A DNA stretch of 64,000 bases from Candidatus Aenigmatarchaeota archaeon (lineage in GTDB: Archaea > Aenigmatarchaeota > Aenigmatarchaeia > Aenigmatarchaeales > JACQIB01), in the NCBI GenBank assembly GCA_016198755.1, contig JACQIB010000004.1, positions 170,913 to 234,912 on the forward strand, given 5' to 3'. Both the position numbers and the translations under genes were made by a program. The notes under the pieces are model-generated. The model did no database searches and was not told the DNA's origin. It was given only the letters and a program-made list of their open reading frames with translations. Positions 28,317 to 37,307 of this stretch are shown here, piece by piece; the first letter of the stretch is position 1, and each line of letters opens with the position of its first letter.

Positions 28317-29099
28317 CTATCTCATGTTCTTTCCCAAGAATTTGATACTGTTTATTTTTTTTCCATCCAGCTCAATCAGTGTATTAACATGCGAACCAAA
28401 TCCAGCATTCAGTGCAACCGCACCCTTTATTTTTATTTTTCCAAAGTGCTCATGTATATGCCCACCAACAGAGACCAACGGTTTGTTCCACTCTATAGCT
28501 TTTCTGACTAAAATTGAACCTGCATGTTTCCCATAAGCAGGTGAACGTTTATCCAGAACTTTGTCTAATTTTGTATTATACGGAACATTATGGGACAAAA
28601 AGATAACATGCCCCTTTGCTTTTTCAAACAGCCCCTTTAACTGGGAATAAGCTAAAACAAACTCTGCAGGCCCTTCAGGAGCTGTGGAAATTGCCCCTCC
28701 CCACACTGGATAACCTATAAGTGTATAGCCCATAAAAGTTTTTGATTCAAAACTAATATCCCTCAGATTTTTTAGTCCCTTTATCAGCTTTGAATATTCA
28801 TGGTCCCAGTTTCCCCGAACAATAAACACTGGCTTCCCAAGGGAATTCAGCTTCTTCAAAACTCTCCTCCCATCTGCAAAAGATTTTTTTATCAGCCCCT
28901 TTGCTTTTTTAACTCCAGTAATTTCAACCCAGCTTATTTCCCTTCCTTCCTTCAAACTTTTCCTATAGGAAATCCACTCATACTTTCTCATAGGATCCGA
29001 ACAAAAATCCCCCGGAGCTAACACAGCATCAAAATTCTTTACTCCAATTTTAGGAACCTGCCCATGCAAATCCCCTATCACTAAAAACCTGAATGCCAT
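28317..29099 (-). CDS. Calcineurin-like metallophosphoesterase
   Basis: GDLHG, GDF, GNWDH and GGHIHE motifs. Confidence 0.8.
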   Translation of the reverse strand: MAFRFLVIGDLHGQVPKIGVKNFDAVLAPGDFCSDPMRKYEWISYRKSLKEGREISWVEITGVKKAKGLIKKSFADGRRVLKKLNSLGKPVFIVRGNWDHEYSKLIKGLKNLRDISFESKTFMGYTLIGYPVWGGAISTAPEGPAEFVLAYSQLKGLFEKAKGHVIFLSHNVPYNTKLDKVLDKRSPAYGKHAGSILVRKAIEWNKPLVSVGGHIHEHFGKIKIKGAVALNAGFGSHVNTLIELDGKKINSIKFLGKNMR

Positions 29100-29148
29100 A
29101 CAAAAGATTAGCTATTTACCCATATTTAATAAACCACCTAACTTAATT

Positions 29149-29499
29149 ATGTGTATGAAAATTAGCATATTTCCTTTGGTAATTATCTTCCCCCTGATTG
29201 TTGCAGGCTGCACTTCCCAGAAACCAACAGAAACAACAACTAATACCCTAGTACAGCAGCTTTCAGAGCTCTGCATACAGGCCTGCAATAATGTTCTGGC
29301 TGCAGGCCAGCCTTTGGAAGAGGGGCCCTGTTTGTTGAATCCGATCCGTGAGGACAGAATATGGGTCTGCGATGTAGCACATAACCCACGGCAGCCCATA
29401 GACGATCTGCCTGAAAACCAGTGCTCTGCCTACATAAGCGGGGAAGCAAACCATTTTGTGGAAGTTACACCAGACTGTAAATTTATAAGAGCCAAGTAA
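29149..29499 (+). CDS. Small Cys-rich lipoprotein (lipobox IVAGC)
   Basis: Signal peptide plus lipobox; 8 Cys in the mature part. Confidence 0.45.
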   Translation: MCMKISIFPLVIIFPLIVAGCTSQKPTETTTNTLVQQLSELCIQACNNVLAAGQPLEEGPCLLNPIREDRIWVCDVAHNPRQPIDDLPENQCSAYISGEANHFVEVTPDCKFIRAK

Positions 29500-29912
29500 G
29501 TCGGTTGTTAGGAATTTTTGGAAATAGCTAAAGCTAAGCTGTAAAAATAGGTCGCGGCCGATGATATTAGCGCCCCGAATAAAAAATTTTGGAGGTGATC
29601 CAGCCCCACGTTCCCGTAGGGCTACCTTCTCATAGGAGTGCAGCCTGGCAAAATTATCCCTCTCAATTCACCTCAGTCCCCACTTGGGGCCCGCCTTTCT
29701 TTCTTTCATAGAGGAAAAATACAGACTACACTTCCTGTCTGTCAGTATTGCAGCTTTCACTGCAAAACATATGACTTAGCCTTTCTTGTAAGTCTCTGGC
29801 TCGACTCTTCCCATACCCATTGCTGGAAACGAAAAAAGCCTCGCCAAAGGCTCACTCAAATGGCTTGACAGGCGGTGTGTGCAAAGAACAGGGACGTATT
29901 CGGCGAACGAAT

Positions 29913-30701
29913 TCATGCTAGAAGCTTCGAAAAAGGTTTTATAATATTAATCAACTTATACACTGATTGATTAACAAGAACATCATTATATTCTTCCTTT
30001 ACAATATCTATAGCATCTTTTTGTATATTGCCTTCTAATATTGCTATCAATCTTACATAGGGATATTTTTGTCGAATTTTCATAGCTCTATAAGCAAGTT
30101 CTACGGCTTGCAAACGTTTCCTATAATTGAAATTCATTTGCTTTACCTCAATTATTATTTTGGGTATATTTTCAGAAGGCAAGGCAAAATCTACTACAAA
30201 ATTTCTATTGGTCCTCACTAGGGCATGAAACTTATGTGAAATGCCCAATTTCTGAAAGATTTCTATATATCTTTTTTCTTGTTCTGTAGGACCTTTTATT
30301 ATTGCACCTTTCAGAGATCTTTCTTTAGACGCCTTTAAACTCATTTTTCTTGCGCGTTCAGTATCTCTAAAAGTGCCGCGTTCGGAAATTTCATAATACC
30401 TGCGTATTAAGATTTCCCTAGAAGGAATTCTTTGCATGCATTTAATTTCTTCAAACACTTTGTTTATTACTTTTTCGTCTACACTTTTTCTAAATCCTTT
30501 CTCTATATTATAGACTGTGCCTTGACTCTTCCCTATAAACTTTGCTAATTGCCACTGACTCATATTCAATATTAAACGTAGAATCAGCAATCTCTGCGGT
30601 TTTGTATATATAATTTCAGGTTTCAGTTTCCTTAAACTGTCTGTTGTTCTATATACTTCATCACAGAGATTTTTTAATTTTAGCTTGTTTATGGTAATCA
30701 C
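29913..30701 (-). CDS. Intron-encoded putative homing endonuclease: N-terminal XRE-type HTH plus C-terminal PD-(D/E)XK nuclease-like domain (262 aa)
   Basis: HTH MSQWQLAKFIGKSQGTVYNIEKG; nuclease motif FVVDFALP...IIIEVKQ (D...E-x-K). Sits entirely inside the rRNA intron, with the stop overlapping the exon junction. Confidence 0.55.
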   Translation of the reverse strand: MITINKLKLKNLCDEVYRTTDSLRKLKPEIIYTKPQRLLILRLILNMSQWQLAKFIGKSQGTVYNIEKGFRKSVDEKVINKVFEEIKCMQRIPSREILIRRYYEISERGTFRDTERARKMSLKASKERSLKGAIIKGPTEQEKRYIEIFQKLGISHKFHALVRTNRNFVVDFALPSENIPKIIIEVKQMNFNYRKRLQAVELAYRAMKIRQKYPYVRLIAILEGNIQKDAIDIVKEEYNDVLVNQSVYKLINIIKPFSKLLA

Positions 30702-30757
30702 CGATATTATATTATATCGGTAACTACTATTTAACCCTTTACAGAGCTTCTAACTTT
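29916..30757 (-). mobile_element. 16S rRNA intron (about 840 nt) in the 3' domain, carrying an HTH + PD-(D/E)XK ORF
   Basis: Exon sequence ...GGCGAACGTCAT is interrupted and resumes ...GAATTCGTTCGCCGAATACGTCCCTG (the equivalent of E. coli position about 1360-1380). Confidence 0.7.
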
Positions 30758-31059
30758 ATGACGTTCGCCTACTATGAATTCCGGCTTCATGTGGGCGAGT
30801 TGCAGCCCACAATCTGGACTAAGATTGGGTTTAGGGGGTTAGCTTTGCCTTTCGGCATTGCATCCCATTGTCCCAACCATTGTAGGACGCGTGTAGCCCA
30901 GAGAATTCGGGCCGTACGGACCTACCGTCGCCCACTCCTTCCTCTGCTTTAGCAGCAGCGGTCCCGCCATTGTGCTCTCTCCCCGGAGGGAAAGGTGGCA
31001 AATGGCAGCGTGGGTCTCGCTCGTTAACGGACTTAACCGCACGCCTCAAGGTACGAGCT

Positions 31060-31219
31060 TTCTCGTCTTAGCAGCCCTCATACAAAACATTATCTTACTT
31101 TTCTCTATGTTTTACATAATTAGCATTCCACCAACGTCGTATCAGTATTAAGTTTGAATACTGGTTGCATATCGTTGTTGAAATTTTTCAATATCCCAAT
31201 TAAATTGAGACTGCCAAGA
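31060..31219 (-). other. Insertion of about 155 nt (ORF-less intron, likely BHB-type) in the 16S near the E. coli 1050-1070 region
   Basis: The conserved CATGGCCGTCGTCAGCTCGTACC is split: ...catggccatcgtca | 150 nt AT-rich | agctcgtaccttgagg. Flanking cttggcag/ctgctaag can pair to close the insert. Confidence 0.6.
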
Positions 31220-31763
31220 TGACGATGGCCATGCAACTCCTCTCAGCTTGTCTGGTAAACCCGTTAGGCTGACCCTCATTCTGCTGTCTTCTCTGGTAAG
31301 ATGTCCGGTGTTAAATCCAATTGAACCGCATCCTCCACTCATTGTGTGTTCCCCCGCCAATTCCTTTAAGTTTCAGCCTTGCGGCCGTACTCCCCAGGTG
31401 GCCCGCTTAACATCTACACTTCGGCACTGCATGTTCACGTAGAACGTGCAACACCAAGCGGGCATCGTTTACGGCTGGGACTACTGGGGTATCTAATCCC
31501 AATCGCTCCCCCAGCTGTCGCCCCTCACTGTCAGACTCGTTTTCGGTAGACGCCTTCGCCACAGGTGGTCCTCCACGGATTAAAGGATTTAACCCCTACA
31601 CGTGGAATACCTCTACCGTCTCCCGATCTCAAGGCTTGGAGTATCTCCAGCGCGCCTGACAGTTAGCTGCCAGATTTCACCAGAGACTTTCAAGCCCAGC
31701 TACGGGCGCTTTAGACCCAATAAACGCGATAGCCATTTGGACCGCGGGTATTACCGCGGCGGC

Positions 31764-31795
31764 GTGTGCGAACAAAGTCTACTGACTTTGAACAT
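31764..31795 (-). other. Hairpin insertion of about 30 nt inside the universal 515F/530-loop sequence of the 16S
   Basis: GTGCCA | tgttcaaagtc-agtag-gactttgttcgcaca | CGCCGCCGCGGTAATAC. The insert forms a 7-bp perfect stem, caaagtc/gactttg. Confidence 0.6.
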
Positions 31796-32249
31796 GGCAC
31801 CCGTCTTACCCAGTCCTTATTCGCCTAGGTTTTTAGCCTAAGCAAAAGCTCGTGCAAAGCACGAGCACTCGAGGTTCCCTTCTCACACGCTAATGCATTG
31901 GAAAGTTTTCGCTCCTGCTGCGACCCGTAGGCCCTGCGCTCATGTCTCAGAGCGCATCTGGAGGCTCACACTCTCATGTCCCCTACCCGTCACAGGCTTG
32001 TCAGTTTTATAAAGCAGGTAGCTTATGCTACCAAAAATTATTTTGGCAAACTAAGTTTGCCTATGCACTTTACACTGACAACAACCTGATAGGCCGCAGT
32101 CCCATTCTATGGCGCCGGAGCTTTCACTTTTGGTGCATTCCAGCATCCAAAAACTATGGGGCATTAGCCTCACTTTTGCGTTCACTTTCAAAAGAAAGTG
32201 GAATTCGCAAGATTATTCCCCACCATAGAGTAGGTTAACTACGTGTTAC

Positions 32250-32921
32250 TCAGCAGTGCGCCGAGGGCAAGAGCGGATTAAATAGAACCTTACCAGTCTT
32301 TTTACAATAAAAATAGTTTTTAAATTCCTTAGAAAGACATCTTACTTTTTCTAACTTTAGTGGATGTTTAAATTTTATTATTCTACAAAACTTTCTAAAA
32401 TTTTTAGCACCTTTTATTCGCCACCAATATACATCGTTTTTTCCATAAACTTTTGATACATGAATACCATATGTTTCTAATAATTCTTTACTCCATATGC
32501 AAAAATCCTTAGATTTAATTTGTAGTTCTATTACAGGATATTCATATATAGACATCATGGTCTTTCTCTTATACCTTTGGACTTCTTTGAATACGGAACA
32601 ATCACCATCAAAAAATCCTATAAGAAAATTCATCTTTTCTTTTCTATTTATGTGCACTGGTGGAGTGATGTCATGAGACTTTTTCCCTGGTTTTATATGA
32701 TAAAGTCTCTTAAATTTTTCGTATAGCTTACGATCACTTACCCTTATCTGAAATACTCTTTTTCTTAATTTGTAAGTAACCTTGTTTTTTGCAAATTTTT
32801 GAAGATTTTTTACTATATCATCTCTGAAGCGCTTGTTATTTGTGTAGACATAGACATACGGTCTATATTTTTCTAAATGACCATCTGCAGCTATTAAACC
32901 GGCCATATAAGAAAATTTCAT
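32250..32921 (-). CDS. LAGLIDADG-family homing endonuclease (double-motif, intron-encoded)
   Basis: Two LAGLIDADG motifs are present: MAGLIAADGHL and LIGFFDGDCSV. Confidence 0.85.
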   Translation of the reverse strand: MKFSYMAGLIAADGHLEKYRPYVYVYTNNKRFRDDIVKNLQKFAKNKVTYKLRKRVFQIRVSDRKLYEKFKRLYHIKPGKKSHDITPPVHINRKEKMNFLIGFFDGDCSVFKEVQRYKRKTMMSIYEYPVIELQIKSKDFCIWSKELLETYGIHVSKVYGKNDVYWWRIKGAKNFRKFCRIIKFKHPLKLEKVRCLSKEFKNYFYCKKTGKVLFNPLLPSAHC

Positions 32922-32992
32922 ATATTATTCTATGACGATATACAACTTATAGATTTCTATGTTTCGTTAGTAGTGTTCTACTTAATCCTTTA
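32277..32992 (-). mobile_element. 16S rRNA intron (about 715 nt) near the 5' end (after ...CATGCGAGCCGAGAGGGG), carrying a LAGLIDADG endonuclease ORF
   Basis: Exon resumes ...CCGCTCTTGCCCTCGGCGCACTGCTGAGTAACACGT. The ORF reads through the 3' junction to a TGA stop inside the exon. Confidence 0.75.
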
Positions 32993-33474
32993 CCCCTCTC
33001 GGCTCGCATGGATAAATCGAACCCCGATAACGGCTATCTCCGGCAGGATCAACCGGAATTAAATTAGGGGGGATTTCACAAACCTAATGGTTTGCGTTCC
33101 CTGTTTTCTTACTCGGAGTTTCGCTAACATCAGCCACGACTTCTAATCATGAACTCATCCGCACCCGCGCGCGCTTCCAAATTTCCCTCGCACTGGTCCG
33201 CTCATTGCTGCGTAAGCAGCTCGTTTGTATTTTTTCCCACAGGTTGGAACTGGGATGCTCATAGCGAGTTTACACTCTTGCTTGCAGCCCACACAGAAAG
33301 AGATGGAACAGCAGCGCCGTACCATTCATTTTGCCTGTGAGTACAGACTATAATAGCGTTATCGAAGGCTTTTAAAGGTTACTGCGGATGCCGTTGGCTG
33401 GGGTTTAAAAGGTTTTCTTACGACCACTTTCTTATGGCAACCTCAAAACCACAGCCACAATACATGTTTTTGCC

Positions 33475-33936
33475 CTAAAACCTGACAGCACCCTCCAAAA
33501 CTTTCAGCAAATTCACAGAGCGCATTTTGATTGTTTTTGTATGTAAACCTGGATTGAAAAAAACAAACTCGTTTTCCAGAACAGCATTGCTCAAATACGT
33601 TTTTAATTCCGTTTTCAAGCCAAAAGGCCCCACAGCCCCTATCTCCACTCCAGCTATCCTTTCAACTTCCTGCGGGTTTGCAAGCCCAATATTTTTGCAG
33701 TTTTCTAACAGGCACAGTATTTTGGTGTCTGCCCTGCTGTCTCCTGGAACTAAAACCAGAATAAACTTTCCAGCATCTGTTTTAAAAATTAAAGACTTAA
33801 CACCAGCGCGCGCAGATGGCAGGCCGCGCACACGAGATGCATCTTCTGATGTATAAACATGCTCATGCTCTGTCTCTTCGAATGGGATTTCTTTCTCTTT
33901 CAAAAGCTGTACTATTTTGTTGTATACAAAGAACAT
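33475..33936 (-). CDS. YbaK/ProX-type aminoacyl-tRNA deacylase
   Basis: 153 aa; YbaK-like pattern (GxxxKSLIFKTD...VLVLVPGDSR...). Confidence 0.75.
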   Translation of the reverse strand: MFFVYNKIVQLLKEKEIPFEETEHEHVYTSEDASRVRGLPSARAGVKSLIFKTDAGKFILVLVPGDSRADTKILCLLENCKNIGLANPQEVERIAGVEIGAVGPFGLKTELKTYLSNAVLENEFVFFNPGLHTKTIKMRSVNLLKVLEGAVRF

Positions 33937-34057
33937 TTTTAGAAGTATGCTGGGCAGGTATAAAAGCTTGGTGGGCTAAATTTTTAGCTGTATGATATAC
34001 AAGTGTAGGTATAACAGAAAAGTAAGCTTTATATACTACTTAATAGTAATAATTAAT

Positions 34058-34459
34058 ATGTCTGGAGATACATCTAATAGTCCTGAAAATGCTAGGAATA
34101 GATTTATAGTTGCACGTCATGTTCAGGGAGGAATAAGATCGCCTGTTCTACATGGTGATAGCGCATTCTATAAAGAAGATGCTATGAGAAGGGCTGAAGA
34201 GCTTAATCATGGAACCTGGCCTTTGGGAGATTCCGGCTGGGGAGTTTATAGTGTGAGGGAGGCTGGAAACAGAATTGCTGATTCTGTCAGAACTTTTTTA
34301 GGAGGCGGAAGCTATGCTATCGGAAATCCAACAGCATATGGAGGATTCTATTTACATAAAAAAGATGGTGCAGTACCTGTTTTTGGATGGAGATCACAGG
34401 TTGAAAAGGCTGCAGCCAGATCAGATCTTAGGGTACTTGTATTGACACCTGTTTTCTGA
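34058..34459 (+). CDS. Hypothetical protein (about 133 aa from ATG 34058); paralog of 15027-15434
   Basis: Shared motif block with 15027-15434. The upstream part of the tracked ORF (33992-) is AT-rich junk and probably not coding. Confidence 0.35.
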   Translation: MSGDTSNSPENARNRFIVARHVQGGIRSPVLHGDSAFYKEDAMRRAEELNHGTWPLGDSGWGVYSVREAGNRIADSVRTFLGGGSYAIGNPTAYGGFYLHKKDGAVPVFGWRSQVEKAAARSDLRVLVLTPVF

Positions 34460-34493
34460 TAGTAAGCAGTTTAAATATTTAGCTGTAAAATAC

Positions 34494-35369
34494 TTGTTTA
34501 GTGGACTTATGTTAAGCGAAACAGTCTGGAACAGTAACCTGAAAGAACTGAAAATAGACTATCTATACCATTTGGGGCTAGATAATACAGAAGATTTAAA
34601 AGGCACTTTCAAAGATACTAGATTTGTATGCATGTTCGGGAGCGCTCTAAGAGCTGAAATGTTTGCAAAAAAAGCAGGAAAACAACTTGGCTTTACTGTT
34701 GAGGGACCAATAGGAAAAACTGAGAGATTTTCACTTTACAAAATAGGGCCAGTTATTTCTGTTTCACATGGTATGGGCATGCCTTCTCTCCTGATTTTGC
34801 TTCATGAGATAACAAAATTGCTACAGTATGCTGAAGCCATAGATGTAGCCTATATAAGAATTGGAACCTGCGGGGGTGTTGGTATTGAACCGGGAACTGT
34901 TGTTATAACAACTGAAGCTGTGAATGAAAAATTGGAAGCTGTTTTTGAGCATATGGAACTGGGAAAAGTTCGCAGATATATAACAAAACTTGATAATAAG
35001 CTGGCTGAAAGTATTTTGAAGAGCGCAGGCGATATTAAGGCTGTGCTTGGAAAAACAATGGGCACTGATGATTTTTATGAGGGTCAGGGAAGGCTGGATG
35101 GAGCTTTACAACCTCGATATAAAGCAGAGGAGAAAATGGAATATCTGAAAAAAGCTGCTGAGATTGGGGTTTTGAATATAGAGATGGAAGCAACAGCTTT
35201 TGCTACCTTTTGCTCCAGAGCAGATATAACTGGAGCTATAGTGGATGCCGCATTGTTAGACAGGCTGAAAGTGGATCAGATTTATGTTGGGAAAGAAGAA
35301 CTGGCTGGATTTTCTGAAAAGGCACAGCAAGTTGTTCTGAACTATATAAAAAGCAAAATAAACGGCTGA
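34494..35369 (+). CDS. Nucleoside phosphorylase of the PNP/UDP family (uridine phosphorylase-like)
   Basis: About 290 aa; core GSALRAE...VISVSHGMGMPS...RIGTCGG...EMEA, typical of PNP_UDP_1. Confidence 0.7.
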   Translation: MFSGLMLSETVWNSNLKELKIDYLYHLGLDNTEDLKGTFKDTRFVCMFGSALRAEMFAKKAGKQLGFTVEGPIGKTERFSLYKIGPVISVSHGMGMPSLLILLHEITKLLQYAEAIDVAYIRIGTCGGVGIEPGTVVITTEAVNEKLEAVFEHMELGKVRRYITKLDNKLAESILKSAGDIKAVLGKTMGTDDFYEGQGRLDGALQPRYKAEEKMEYLKKAAEIGVLNIEMEATAFATFCSRADITGAIVDAALLDRLKVDQIYVGKEELAGFSEKAQQVVLNYIKSKING

Positions 35370-35456
35370 GCTGGCTAAGGCTTTTATTCTGCTTTCCCTA
35401 GGATTATGTATGGGAAAAACTATTAAAGTTTTTAACACCTCCAAAACCAAGAGGTT

Positions 35457-37277
35457 TTGATTGTGGCCAAGACACAGCTCTCGTTCTTTGAGATACTCTC
35501 GGTAACTATAGGCACTATACTTACAACAGCAGTGTTTTTGTTGCCAGGCCAGCTGGCTGCTGAGCATGGATTTTCCTCCCTATATATTTGGATTGCTATT
35601 GCTCTGTTAACAATACCAATAGGGCTTTCTTTTGCTGAATTGGCTGGTATGTTTTCACAGAGCGGAGGGCCTTTCATTTTTGTCAGGAAAGCTTTCGGAG
35701 ACTTTGCAGGATTTGTTGCAGGCTGGAGCACATGGGTTTACTCTACAATTGCTATTGCTGCACTTGCAAAAATCACTGGAAGTTATTTTTCCTTTCTTTT
35801 TCCACTTTCAGGATGGGGGATGGCTCTATTTTCTGTTGGGATTATAGGGATTTTTACCCTGATTAACCTGTTAGGGGCAAAACAGGGAGCTAAGGTAGAT
35901 ATGCTAATGATTTGGGTTTCAATTGGAATTGCGCTGCTTTTTGTTGTACTTGGCTTTGGAACAGTGGATATAACTAGGTTTTCAACTCTTCCTTCTGCTT
36001 CTTTGCCAGCGCTTGCTTTAGCTGGTATACTGGCTATGGAGCTGTTTATTGGCTGGGAATCTGCAACAATTATATCAGAAGAAGTTAAAAGTCCGAAAAG
36101 GCTCATACCTCGCGCTTTAGTATGGACAATTTTTATTGCAACAATAGTTTATCTTTCTGTTATTTTCGTTTTCCTTGGGAATGCTGATATTGGAAAAGTT
36201 TCTGAGAGCCTGAACCCGCTTGCTGAAACAGCAAAAAGCTTTGCTGGAGCTTTTGCGCCCGTGTTTTCAGTAGGAGCTGTAATAATAAGTCTTGCTGTTG
36301 TAAACAGCTGGATTCTGACTGTTGCCAGACTTCCATATGCAATGGCCAAAGGGAAGCTTTTCTTAAAATATTTTGAAAAAGAAAACAAGTACGGAGCTCC
36401 ATCTCATGCTCTGCTTCTGCAGTTCCTTTTTGCTTCTGCAGCTGTATTCTTCGATCTGGAGCATATTCTGCAGGTTTTGCTTTCAGTTGCCTTTATATTG
36501 TATATTGTAACCATGGCTGCCTTAATCAAATTGAGGAAAACAAATGAAAGCAGCTTTAAAGTCCCTAAAATACTTCCCTACATTGGAATTGCACTTCTGC
36601 TGGGAATGCTGATTTTTATTCCATGGGAAATACTTGCTGTGGGCTTGGTTTTGCTTTTTACTGGCCTTCCGGCTTTCTTTGTTGTCAAGCTTTTCACGGA
36701 CAGGGCTTTTGTGGAAGCTTACTGGGACAGGCTTGGAGGATTAATGGATGTCTATTTCCGCAGCCTGCTGGAAGGAGATATACTTGAAAAAGTTATATTA
36801 AATGCTGATATAAAGAAAAACCATACTGCACTGGATTATGGATGCGGTTCAGGGCATACAACAGATGATGTTGCAAAGCTGGCTGGGAAAGTTGTGGCCG
36901 CAGATCTATCTGTAAACCAGCTGCATAAAGCTGTTTCAAGCATACATAAAAAGGGTAATCTTACAAACATAATTTTTGTAAAACTCTCAAAACCAGCTCC
37001 TTTTGAAAAAGAAACCTTTGATAGAATTGTCTGCACACTTGCAACAAACTATTTTGTAAACCCTATAAAAGAATTTACAGCTCTTGCAAGGGTTTTGAAG
37101 CGGGGAGGAAAAGCCAGCTTTTTGTCTGTTCGCGCTGCAGGTATTCCGGAACATGATTTCCTGCACAAAGATGGCTCAATAAAATCTGTAATGATAAAAG
37201 CAGGATTTTCCAATATTGAAATAGAAAGGCTGAAAAAAGGACACAGGGAATATATGTTCATTGTTGCTGGCAAATAG
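35457..37277 (+). CDS. Fusion protein: APC-superfamily amino acid/polyamine permease (about 12 TM, residues 1-430) plus C-terminal class I SAM-dependent methyltransferase domain
   Basis: Hydrophobic N-terminal two-thirds with an APC-like GxxxAELA-type segment (FAELAGMFSQSGGPF). The C-terminus has SAM-binding motif I LDYGCGSGHTT and a post-I acidic residue. TTG/GTG start. Confidence 0.7.
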   Translation: MIVAKTQLSFFEILSVTIGTILTTAVFLLPGQLAAEHGFSSLYIWIAIALLTIPIGLSFAELAGMFSQSGGPFIFVRKAFGDFAGFVAGWSTWVYSTIAIAALAKITGSYFSFLFPLSGWGMALFSVGIIGIFTLINLLGAKQGAKVDMLMIWVSIGIALLFVVLGFGTVDITRFSTLPSASLPALALAGILAMELFIGWESATIISEEVKSPKRLIPRALVWTIFIATIVYLSVIFVFLGNADIGKVSESLNPLAETAKSFAGAFAPVFSVGAVIISLAVVNSWILTVARLPYAMAKGKLFLKYFEKENKYGAPSHALLLQFLFASAAVFFDLEHILQVLLSVAFILYIVTMAALIKLRKTNESSFKVPKILPYIGIALLLGMLIFIPWEILAVGLVLLFTGLPAFFVVKLFTDRAFVEAYWDRLGGLMDVYFRSLLEGDILEKVILNADIKKNHTALDYGCGSGHTTDDVAKLAGKVVAADLSVNQLHKAVSSIHKKGNLTNIIFVKLSKPAPFEKETFDRIVCTLATNYFVNPIKEFTALARVLKRGGKASFLSVRAAGIPEHDFLHKDGSIKSVMIKAGFSNIEIERLKKGHREYMFIVAGK

Positions 37278-37307
37278 GCTTATATTCTGGGCAGGCAAAA
37301 CATCTCT

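Larger units (their letters stand above)
29591..33059 (-). rRNA. rrs: 16S (SSU) rRNA gene, archaeal type, about 3.47 kb because of at least five insertions/introns; no 23S adjacent
   Basis: The 5' end is ATTCCGGTTGATCCTGCCGGAG (rev-comp at 33038-33059). The 3' end is ...GGATCACCTCC (rev-comp at 29591-29601). Internal conserved blocks are present: GCCGCCGCGGTAATAC, GGATTAGATACCC, GGCCGCAAGGCTGAAACTTAAAGGAATTGGCGGGGGA, AACGAGCGAGACCC, TTTGCACACACCGCC. Confidence 0.9.

Noticed and set aside
29100-29590. Looked for a 23S rRNA gene or ITS-embedded tRNA downstream of the 16S 3' end.
   Set aside because: The flanks encode a lipoprotein (29149-29499) and a metallophosphoesterase. No 23S-like conserved blocks are present, so the rRNA operon is genuinely split rather than missed.
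33068-33474. Leader region upstream of the 16S was searched for a processing stem/BHB and a promoter. A TATA-like TTTAAAAG (minus-strand sense, about 33360-33375) was seen.
   Set aside because: I could not pair the leader with the 3' trailer convincingly by eye, and the spacing to the mature 5' end (about 300 nt) is uncertain. It is left unannotated.
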